Shown in pieces: positions 24,301 to 36,300 of a DNA stretch of 62,522 bases. The DNA comes from Phoronis australis (lineage: Eukaryota > Animalia > Phoronida). Each line of letters starts with the position of its first letter. The stretch's first letter is position 1. A program made the position numbers and the translations under genes. Below the pieces are notes generated by a model that ran no database searches, had not been told where the DNA came from, and worked only from the letters and a program-made list of their open reading frames with translations. The stretch spans positions 216,870 through 279,391 of the forward strand of contig NMRA01000259.1 in the NCBI GenBank assembly GCA_002633005.1, written 5' to 3'.

Positions 24301-27300
24301 AACTTGATGCATTTTTATGATTTGGCATGACCCAACTCTTGCAGAGGGGCTTTCACAGCAGAATGTGGCAAACAAACCTTGAAAAAAAGATTGTCACAAG
24401 CTTTTAATGCGTACTATAAATTTCACGAAATAGCGTTCCAGTAGAATGGTGTCTCAGACCCAGCGCACCTGCTTCGACGCAGGATAGTGGCTGACGCGAA
24501 CAGTTATTGCTGGTCTCATTGACACTCAGACGTTGGGAGAATGCCTCAACAAAGATCTATCAGCTATAAAGATTTCTGGACCGACTTCTCTGTAGCTCAT
24601 AAATACTTTGTGACAGGTAATATCTGCTTATGTCAGAGCCTAAACGTATATTTTCTTGGTACCAAAACCGACGAGGGAAAGCCTCTAATTTGGGCAAGCC
24701 ATAATCGCTGACCAATACTGAGAACACACAAAAGTTTACGGAGGTATATGTAGCCACAGATGCGATCATTGAATAACGAATCCTTCACTGACATAACTTA
24801 GTGAAGGCTTCCATACACACAAAGTTATTTTTAAAGAATGGCGTTTGATACGCTTCAAGTCATTCGGCCAACACCGTGACCCCAATTCTCAAGAAGTAAA
24901 CGGTTCTTTGATGTCAAACAGTGTATCTTTCACGCGCTGTTGTGAAATGAGTTAAGTGAAAGAATGTCGATAAAAGACGACAAGAACCCCATGGCCTCAC
25001 CTTCCTTGTGAAAAACTGGGTCATTTGGGTATTTTCACCCTACGGCAAAGATGAATCGGCAATTGACAAAATGAGCAAGACAAGTCAGGCAAAATATAAT
25101 TTGACAGACAAACAACACAAACTGCATACAATTAAGATTAGTCGGATCCTAGAAAAATTACAAATTTGGATAACTACTTTGGGACATCATGTCAAAGAAA
25201 GGGCTTATTGGATTCATGTGCAAGTTTCAAATACTATGATCACTGTTCTGCAAAACCCTGGTAGGAATTGTTTTTTAAATGTTCCATTTTGCATGAGGGC
25301 TATCGAGAAATAGGAATTTTACAGTTTTCATGCAAAGCTATGTGAAACAAAAACGAAGCAATAATTTAGAAACTGTAACAGACCTTCGGAGATTTGATCA
25401 TGAGCGGTTACATCAAATAAAATTTGTCAAATAATCAAATGTTATTGATATCAGTTTTGTTACCAACACGCCTTTTATGCTAAATTAAACTAAAAAGACA
25501 ATCATGGTCACGTGACTGACACAATTAATGCCAGAATGTTAAAAAGTCAAAACTCAAATTCTACAGACTTTCTACTTTCAGAAAATATAAACTTTGAAGT
25601 TAAAATCCACATTTTTGTCAACAATTGGCTTAATACACAGACCTGTTGAGAATGACCTTCATAACCTTAACGCATCACAAAGATGCTACCACGGAGAGCA
25701 GACGACTATCACGAACATGAGGCTCAGTCCAAATATACAAAAAAAACGAAACTCCATCTAAGCTGTACAACATTTTCTCTTGTGTCAAACTGATCTGCAT
25801 TACAGCATCAACTCGAAACAAGCACGTTGTATCCGAATTAATGAGGAAAAATCAAGTGGAACAGAATATTAACTAAAAAGGTCTGCACAGAATGAGACAA
25901 AGTCGAGTCTACAGACATCACAACACTTTCTGCAATCATGAAGATGTAACCAGCGACACAGGTTACGCGTGTCTCAAATAATATTTACAAATGATTTTAA
26001 TGTACTTGCCATTGGCAAAAACTTTGAAATTGCTTTTCATTCAGGTCACTCAATGTAACGGTTTTAAAACTGTGATCTGTTCCATGAAAATAACTTGAGA
26101 TTAAGACAAAAATTTGGTCTTGTGCTTTCACTTTGCAACTTCTGAAAAAGGTTCATCCACGTAATTATGACTTTGCTCTTTGCTCAAGGAGGTCTAATTA
26201 TGTTTCAGAAATATTTGTGTGGAACGTAAGATTAAATTTCCGATGTAACTCTTCAGTCACTTCAATTTCATAAAACAGACCTCTAGTCTCAACTTGTTCC
26301 TTACTCAAGCCACTTCTGGGCTTCAGAAGAAGAGACAGTACAAGCGTTTCCTCATTGCTCGAGACAAGACACATAAAGTTGGCTTGGTACAACCTGCAAT
26401 TCCAAGGTCCAGAAATCACCTCTATCTGGTCTGAGTAACGAGCAAGTTGAGAACATTTTTAAAGCAATACGTAGTCTACATTTATTTAGAAGTACGTTGT
26501 TTGTTGACGGTAAACATCAACTTCAATAATATATTATATCTAGGTGTATGAAACACTCAGTACTCGGTGTGTTGTTCAAGGCTGGAAAAGACAGTCGATC
26601 ATCAGTTGACAAGCGTAATATTTACCTTCTTTGTGTAGAATTTATTGAGTTGAGTCGAGTCATTTTGCTTCCTCCACAGACAGAGTACCTTGGTCTTAGG
26701 ACAGTAGGTCATGTTAACTAGTTGGTCATACCACCACCGGTCACAGATCACACCCATGACACTGCGGAGAATGATGCAGTCGTCGCACACCTGAAACCAT
26801 TCAACAAACAAAGGACTATAGCTCAGTGCCATCAGGTAGATATGAAGTCACGCTTTGATATGTTTCACAAATAACTTAATCAGCACAATATCAAATAAAG
26901 ATCCGTTTAGGAAACGAAAAGCCGTACTTTGAGGATGTCGGTATTCAGCCGTTTCGTCCATTTCTTACGGACTTGGTTCACCATCAGGTGCGCCCTCTCT
27001 TGTTGTGGAATAAAACAATAAAGCAACAAGGAGGATTCCCTAATGTCAAGGAGAATCACATAGCAGGTCAGAGTACACCACAAGGAAATCCAAGTCCAGG
27101 TCCGTGAGAAACTGACAAAACGGCTGTACACAGGCATCCTCAAGGTGCGGATTTTTGGTTCCAAAATTGAACTTTATGTAATATTACAAAATTGATCTTT
27201 ATGTAATATTACAAAATTGATCTTTATGTAATATTACAAAATTGATCTTTATGTAACATTACCATCATTTAAATGCAACCCAGGAACGTACATAGTCTCA

Positions 27301-30300
27301 ACTTCAAAACATTCATGGGGAAAAATTGAAAAGGCTCCTAAGAGACAACGAACTGTGTAACTTCTTTCTTTGCTGTTTTAATCCATTACAAACTGATCAC
27401 TGGTAACACCGGCTGTCAACCAACATGAACAGAGGCATTCCATGGACAGCCATCAAACGACTAGTGTCACACAGCTCACCAGATGAGAAATTTCGCAGAA
27501 CGTGAAGGGAGGTGGACTTTTGTCTCATTTCCCTTGGCAACAAAGTGCTAACCAGGGCCGAGTTCCATAGACGCAAGTATCTTGAATTCTTGTTAATCTA
27601 ATCACAAGTTTCACTTGTAATGTATGGCCACATCGCGCAAAGATTCAGGCAATCTAGCATTTTCAGGGGAGTATTGCATCTACAATAACAGCGGGAATTT
27701 GAAAGACCTCATGCTGATTCACCACAAGCAGGACTGTAGATCTTATGCCCACAAGATGGCAAATTTGTCCCGGTTTCCCGCAAAATTACAAACCCGCAAG
27801 TTGTCAATTCAGACGTGGCTTTTAACTGTACATCAATATAACAACCTACTTCTTGCAACAAACCCTCCAGCCATTGCCCAGCATGCTTCAAACACATGCT
27901 TCTCTAACCTTACCTCCATAAACAACATATCTCCAGAGTTGTCCGTGCCCCAGTGAACAGAGAAAGACTGTTTCTGCATCAGGCGACTGCCAACAGGTTT
28001 CAAGTCTATGTCGTTGCCATCCTGGAAACAGAACAAATTATGCATGCCAAGTCCTTCATAGATACATTCCTAGCAACGCAACGAGTCACATAAAGCAATA
28101 CATATCAGTACTCTGTATCGCCAGTATATGACCTCATGCAAGCAGGCAGCAATGTATTTTGGAACAACTTAGAGGGCTCGTAACATAACACACCAATCTT
28201 ACAATAGCCACGCCAGGTACAGTTACTACTATCAAAGGCAGTTTTTATGAGGCTTTTTGACAAAGCGCTATGTAGTATTACTACGCAGACTGCAGATCAG
28301 TGACAACAGAGGGAGCATGCAAGACTAACAACGGGAGCTCCCCGTGCAAGTGTAATGCCAACGTTTTTCATTTCTATATAACACTCCCTAATATGTATCA
28401 TCTTTACCAGAGTTGGCTGTAGCTTGAGCAGGCAGCAGCCTACTCAAATGTTGGACACCGTATTGAAGATAGTGTTGAGACTCCATTTGTTATATCGATC
28501 TAATAACAATGAAACCATTAGTTTTATTTGCGCACATGCGGAAAGTAGTCAATAAAGCAGCGTGGTGGAATGAAAGCATTGTCTTGATTTGCTCTCTTCA
28601 TTGTGCCTCTAACATTTATGGTGCCGAGATGAATCAAGTGTTCAACACCTGTACCCTCATCCACACACATAGTGAACAAACGTTCATTAACGCCATGTAC
28701 CACTATGATCTGGCCCTGACTCACCAAGGTCTGAATGTTATCCAGCAGATTGTTCACATCTTGACTGTACACCAGACCAATGTGTGACTTGCCCAACAGG
28801 CGGCGCACCTTGCGCTTCATCTCCCCTTTGTGAACTTTCATCATCACCATGAAAGAGACCATGTTATAGAGCATAGTCGACAGCAAACGGTCCTCGTCAT
28901 GTTCTAGTCGCTTACGCTCATCACTGCCCAGCGAGTTGTACCTACAAAAGTAATGGTGAAAATCAGATGATATTATGAAATTCTTGAACCGGTGTGAAAA
29001 CATAGATCAAAAACATCAATTCTTAAGTCTGGTCTGCACGCCACCTGTCGGCCACATCACGTGACCTAATGAACTTAAGTCTGAACGGATTTCTGCCCTC
29101 GACCCCCGATTTCTGCGCGGTTAGCAGAAGGTCCCGGGTTCGAGTCCAGGTTGGGGGCAGAAATCTTTTCAGACTTATGTTCATTAGGTTACGTGATGTG
29201 GCCAACAGATGGCGTGTAGACCAGACTGAAAATGTTTGTGATCCAATCAGATGATGTACATTATCATTCATTCATTCATGTACTTGATGCGAAAAATTAG
29301 ATATCAAAACACTTCGCTGAAACTCATTGGTCAGAGTTGTTATCCCGGAACACTAAAAAAGTGCACGCTCATTTTTCAAGTTCCCCATTAGAAGGTATCA
29401 GACAGTTTGACGCTCGAGCTATTATTATGGTTTCAAAATGTGAGACCCAAGAAGTGGCCACTATTAAGGTGAACAAAGCCATACGCTTGCTGTTTTAATG
29501 CGTGTTACATTAAATCCCAAACCTTATTGGGGTTCAGACCCGGATGGAAAATGACAACTCACTATAAACACAAGTCTGGGAACACACTTGCTAAAACCTG
29601 ATCAGCAAAGTGGTCAACATGTACAACCTACTCTGAGACTCAACAATCAAGCCTTCACTCAGTTGCTATTTTAGTTATTAACTTTAGCACTCCACACCCC
29701 GGAGTCACCACCAGAGGGCCCTACCTGTCCATCATCTCTCTTGGGCCCTGGTCCAGCCCAATGATGTCCCGCTCCTGGGCCACAGCATCCAGGAACGCGT
29801 CCTCCCAGAACTGCATTTGATCCCATAGCTTCGATCTGTTCTTGTCTGAAAGTACGCCCAGTCAGAACACAATGAACAGCCATCGCGGATATTTTCGCAT
29901 AAGTCTACCGGCCACCTCGGCTAACTTGCAATTAGAAACTGCAGCTCAATATCAGTTTAGACAATCATTTCAAACTCAAGCTCATATCTTCTCATCAGAA
30001 TGTGCGTGCACTTAGCAAGTCCTTCAACAAATAAATGATGAACAGCTAGGCACAATAACATCACATCACATCAAACCTGTGACTTAAGTTCGACAAAATG
30101 CCATTTTATGGTGACAATTCTTTTACTACATTATCAAATAATTCTATCAACACGTTCAAATTTGACCGAGTGTGACAGAATTCTGTCAGTCTGTTTCACT
30201 TTTTTTGAAGACTACTACCTATGCGAAGTAAAGTACCTCCTAGTATGTTTAAACTGAGATCTGTTAACAGCAATTTTCACAACAAAACAGTATCAATACC

Positions 30301-33300
30301 TAACAAACTAGTGCCAACTGAAGGCTCTTTTCAGAATTTATTTATTAAAGCAAATGACGAAATAGATCCTCACCGATGAGACCCTCAAACAAGTACACTC
30401 GACCATGGGCGTTTGGTGCTGGCAGCGTGGGGTCTGTTGCCGTGGTGACCAGCTTGCCGGCATGGTAACGGAAGCCCGAACTGATGCTAGACTTGTTCCA
30501 AACGGCCTGAGCCGAGGCTGGCATATGAATGGCCTTGTTGGTATAGTGACTGATAGCCTGCAGTGGGAAGAACGCATGACACATTTATGACCTATGACTG
30601 TTGTGACTGATAAACTGCAGTGGGCAGAATGCATGACACACTTATGACCTGACTAAATGTTATCACTATTGATGACAACATAATGAAGTCCTTAAAGTAT
30701 AACAATGTGTATTGATCAACAAGTGTGTACAAAACAGACAACGGCCTTAGGCCAGTGCAAGAACTGCACTGGAATTATCCGGAACTACTATAAGTGATCT
30801 GGTTACAAAAAAAATTAATCTCGATTAATTACCTTACCAAAAGCTACATTCTTGATAACAACGAATTAAATCAATTGTGAACAGTTTTACCAAATACTGA
30901 AAGAGCATTAAATATTTTGTTCTCACTAGCTCATTAAAAGGACAAGGTTAATTATCAAACAATGTCGTGGTACCCAATTTTTTGCTGTTTTCCCACAGAT
31001 GAGTAGTCACCATTCTACTGAGCTTCAAGTCCCGGACTGAGTTTACCAAAGTTAAAACATAAAATATATTTGCTAGCGAAAGGCTTGTTACCGGAACAGT
31101 TTTAATTGAAAAGTTAAAGCCACCATTAATGAGGCGTCTTGTTGCATTAGAAGCGACCAGTGCAACAGCAGTAAAATTTGTGATGCTGTAGCAGGCAGGG
31201 AGTTATACAACTATATTAAATTTACAAGGGGAAATAATTTCAAAGCTGCATTATATAAAGCCTTGGAGAGCGTGACAAGTCAAGCGTATCATTTACGAAA
31301 AAATAAATATCTCCTCGACTTCCTATTCAAATATTCTCGTGTTTAGCTAACACAACTACAGTCAATGGCCAGAATAAACACTACTAACAACTACTAATAC
31401 TACTACTACCACTAGCCTTTCACTTGTTGAAAACAATCACAGAACAACACTCAATATCAATCAATGCAGCTTTGTATGATTAATAGCAGTATTAATAGTC
31501 ATTGAAAAAATAGTCCCTTTGTCACTGAAAAGATTTCAACACACTTAATGAGATTTCCAGCATAATCTTCTCAAATTACATGTATGATACACTAAATAGA
31601 AAATTAACTAATTACCAAGGACGGATCTCAGATGGGATTAATTCATTCGATACCTCAAGAGTGCAAATTCAAAGCTTTAGCAGTGATTTTTTCGCCAAAA
31701 CTGCCAACTAGGCAGAAAAAATGGCCAACAAACCAAAACGTTAGTATGCCAGCAAAGAGGACAAGAAAAGAACAAAATCGAGAACACGGTGGTCAAACTA
31801 ATTAAAAGCATAACTATTACCGTTTATTTAAATTATATTGAAAACGATGAGCAAGACGTGAAACAGGAGCACGCAATCACTCAAGATACAACTTGTATGT
31901 ACCAAAATGAAGACGCGATAGTATGCAAACAAGACCACAAAGAGTGGACAAAAGCTCTTACACTGTTAATTTGTCCCAGCCAATCCTGTCAAAATACAAC
32001 AATGATAGCTCGCCGTTACTTGGCTTCTCAATAAGACGCCTCAACTACCTCTGACACAACAGTGCAGCAGTATTAGCCACAGCCAATACGTGGACACATC
32101 AACAAAAAACACAAAATTTTCAAGATAACGGGGAGCATTGTCCTCCATGTAAGAGTTTATTCTTTACTAAGAGTGGTGCGTCACAATAATGCAGGTTGTA
32201 TGGACACTCACTCTACAGCGATTATAACATTTCGCTGCACTTAATTAAGTTTTCAAATTACCAGACTCATTGCCAGAAGTTTAAAGATAGAAGATTACGT
32301 TCTCATGCAGACTATCACTTCTTTTGTCCAGGCCAAACAGTGCCACCAGGTGGGGGATGGCTACATACTGCTACAAATCTGTCACATACAGCTATACTTA
32401 ATATATTAACACTATAACACCTAATATCACTCACGGATAACACCAAAACAAAATTTAATCAGAAATAACTGTTTTTGGGTTACAGTAATTTAAAAAAAAA
32501 ATACGACAAAACCTCTAGACGGCAAAATCGTCACAATTTCAAACTCGGCAAGTTTTAGCCAATGTTCTTCTAAACAAATCCCAATTATTTCAGTCTGATT
32601 TTCCTTCAACAAATCTACCCAGTTGTTTGAATAGTATTGTTGGTGGAACTAGGCGTCCTCAAAAGATTTCATCACTTCACTACAGAAACAAAGTGTCCTC
32701 ATCTAACAAGCATCAAGGTAGTGATCGTTAGTTTAATGTAATCACATTAACACTCTCAGGCAACGCCATCTAGTGGTAAAGGTACAACGACTCAGTTGAC
32801 ATATTCTGTTTCATAAAAAGTGACTCCGTCAGGACATCGGTCAGAAATCCTGTCATAAGCTATTAATGAGTCAACTTTCTGCAAAGTACTCGTCAGCACA
32901 TCCCAGCTAAGGAATAGTGTATACAAATTATCCAATCAGTGGCAATTTTCCCTTTATTCCTAGACTTTCTACTTTTGTGAACTGAGACTGAATGTTTTCG
33001 GAAACAGTTGCAATTTCTGACTCATGAGCTTCGAAGTAATTTTTCATGAACCAGACTTGTGAAGGGTTCACTCCATGCAAGCTGACTAACAGTGACTTTG
33101 TCATGTTCTTTCACAACTACTGCAACAATGAATAAGGAAGACTAATGCTCATTATACTACTTGTGTTCCATTACCTGTTTCTTGTGATCCACTTCTGAAT
33201 CGGATACGGACCCATGGATCGCATGGTGCTTAATCTGTGACATCTTCTTCTCTGGTGTCTCGGGGTCAGACTGCAATACACCTCCGGACGTCGTTTCACC

Positions 33301-36300
33301 AGCCTCACTTTGAGTGTCGGAGTCGGACGGCAAGAATGTCGTGTGGTCCAGGTGCGTCGAGATGACAGTGGAATGTTTTTGACTGTCGCCGTGCTTTGTC
33401 TTGTTAGAGTTCTCATCACTGCTCACGGGCGATGTGTCCGAAGCACCAAAGTAGTGCACCTCCGTATTCTGATATTCCTCATCGTTGATTAGCACAGGTG
33501 AAGCTGTAAGTGTTAGGAACAATGTTAAGTGATACTTCAATTAGCACTTAAGAGACATCATCAGTGAGAAACGTTATTTTCTGGAATCATCCCCAATGAG
33601 GAATTGAGCCTGGGAGCCCTACAGTCACAGACTAATGCTCTGCAGGCTGCACTAAATCCCACTCAATAAACGACAGAGTACTTTAAGTAAAACAGTGTAT
33701 TCGAACGGTAATGTCACTGGCTTCAATTTCAGCAAATGTCCAGCGATTTTTAATAAAATCACACAAAATAATGAATGTTATTGTTTTATAGCTGCACTGG
33801 TCGAAGCCAATACCTTCAAGATGTCTATCCCAGCCAACAATAAACCCAAAAGACATGCTCCAGCCGAAAAACCAGTAAATGTCCCTTTAAATGTGTGCAA
33901 GTTATAGGGCAACGTTTAGTTACCAATGCTTCACCCAATGAGGATCTATTCAAAGATGAAGTCATTTTAGATTTTCTGTAACCGTGACTGTACGTCGCTT
34001 CCACCATGATTGGAAAGAATCAATATGCTCATCCATTTACACCTGTATCGGTGTTGTTGTTTAGCTCTCTCGCTACCTGTACAACACGGCTGCTGCATAT
34101 ACAATATTTTGTCACTTTAAATAATGTATTAATTATAAACATCATTGTATTACAAAATATTATTGTATTACAAGCATTATAGTATTACAAATTAAATATT
34201 GTACTATAAATATTATGAATATTACTGTATTATGAATATTATTTATGATGAATATTCATGTTATTATATTAAAAATATTGTACTACAAACACGGCTCACC
34301 TACAAGATGACCGCTACGTACAGTGTCAGACTAACAAAGCACAACTTTCAAACCCAAGCACAGCTCACTGACTCCAAAACACGGACACAGAGGTCGAAAG
34401 TGAATGAGACATTTTTGAGAGTCCAGGCACACGGTCATAGGTCAGTGAGCCACGTTTCTAAGTGAGAAACTATGCTGTTCGGGTAGCCTGGCACTGTTTG
34501 TGTGTGAATGAATACGACAGAACAATACAAGGAAAACAGACTGAACAGAATCACAAACACTCTGTGGTTATATCTAAATGAATAGAGCTTTCACTAAAAA
34601 CACTCAGCTTAGGCCACAGTCAACAGGACTCGATACTCGTAACACACCACTGAGGAATTTACAACACAATGCAAAACTCAGCGACAACAAAATAAGAACA
34701 GGAAACATTAACAAAGCAAAAATTAAAGTTTTAAGACTATAAAGTACAAGGCAAAGTAAACATCAGATTGAGGCAATGTGTGTGCATGTGTGTGCGTGTG
34801 TGTGTACCTTTTGAAGGATCTTTGCGTAGATTCGAGCCCAGTGACGACCCCTCTCGCCAAGCACGTTCCGTCCCTGTCGTGTTGGAGAAAACCGTTAGGC
34901 AATTAGGAAATAGAAGCAGGTCAGGGGACTAGTACAGTGGGCAGACTTTCATATTTGTGAATGGACTAAAAATGGACCTGTCTAACTAAAATAGTGCCAA
35001 AATTGTGGCAACATTTAAATTCAAGACTTTTAAGATTCTGCGAACACAGAGTAAATAAAGTTAGTAATATTAAAAGGCAAAAAGGAATTGACTACTGTTT
35101 CAATAGTAATTGTTACAATTAATTTTTGTCGCTCTTCCTTCTTATTGTTCGACATAACTTCAACTAAGATGTTTTACTTCAATAACCTTCGTCAATGTTC
35201 TTTAACCATCTTCTGAAGTAAAAGAGCACCCTGCATCCAGAGCTGCACACGTGCGAATAGTTTTAGAGCGTTGCTCGCTCAGACTTTCCATTCAAGGCAC
35301 CAACTGTGTGACGAAAGACTGCACATCAGCTCAGAAGTGATTGTATACCAACTTACAAAGTAAGACAGGACACAGAGTGTTTGAATCAAGTCTGCCCACT
35401 GACAACAAATACAACCAGCCTGGTTAAACTGTTGCACATAACATACACTCTACCTGGCTTAACTTGTCATTGCATAACTCTAAGTTATCATCCTTCCTTC
35501 TGCCTCAGTTACACGCCCATAATTCGCACAAGCAGAAGTCGTTATTCAGGAATTAAGTTACCATAATGTTATCGCAATCCTGAAGCCGACAAGTTAAGGA
35601 AGGCAGTGGGTAAAACCCAACGCGTAAAACACACGTAGGAACTCCTCAATCAACCACACCAACGACGGGTCAGAAAAGATCGAGACAAAAAGCTTATTAT
35701 TTTCTGACAAATCGACGCTTGCCGACAATAGCATCAAGCCGCTTTGACAGTAGCCAGCCCTCACCATAAGCGTGACACGATGTAAAGAAATGCAATGGCA
35801 ATGAAGTAACAGTGTAAGTAAAATACCTTACTGTCGACTAAAGTAATTTCCCCAAAGGCTAACCAAGGAGTTGCATACCTGGAAAACTCTTGTGTTCGAC
35901 GCTGGGACTTGTCTCTCGGCTGACATTATTTAAACTTTCCCGGCTGCCAAACGGTGAGCTGGTCTGAAATTAACGTAACACAATGCAACCTCAAATGTGG
36001 TAACTGCCTTTACTGGTTATAACAAACACACTCGCGAATTTGTTTAAAACCGTAATTTTCATTACATAGCAGGGATTCTCCTGGATCGCGCTTTTGCACC
36101 ATTAGTGCATAAAAAAATAAAAAGGCACACTTTTTATCATCAGGTCGCCCAAAGGTCACAGGTTCAAACCTGGTCAGGGACATCCCTGTTAGACACAAAC
36201 AAGACTCTGGTCTTATTTCGATTGCCCTTGGGGTTTCTGTTTCATGTCACCACTTTAATTACTGTTGGACACAACTTCTTGAAAACAGGCACTTTTTATC

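Noticed and set aside
26198-26430. ORF containing TLVLSLLLK, faintly like TKVLCLWRK (possible partner of the 39-nt exon)
   Set aside because: Similarity is marginal and I found no acceptor/donor pair in the phases required.
29100-29152. Possible tRNA gene (also 17240-17305 and the GGTTCAAAC motifs near 36161 and 36326)
   Set aside because: Only a T-arm/B-box is present, with no acceptor stem, D-arm or anticodon arm.
34041-34076. Possible 36-nt phase-1 cassette ([12 protein letters not shown])
   Set aside because: Poor pyrimidine tract and weak donor; no homology support.
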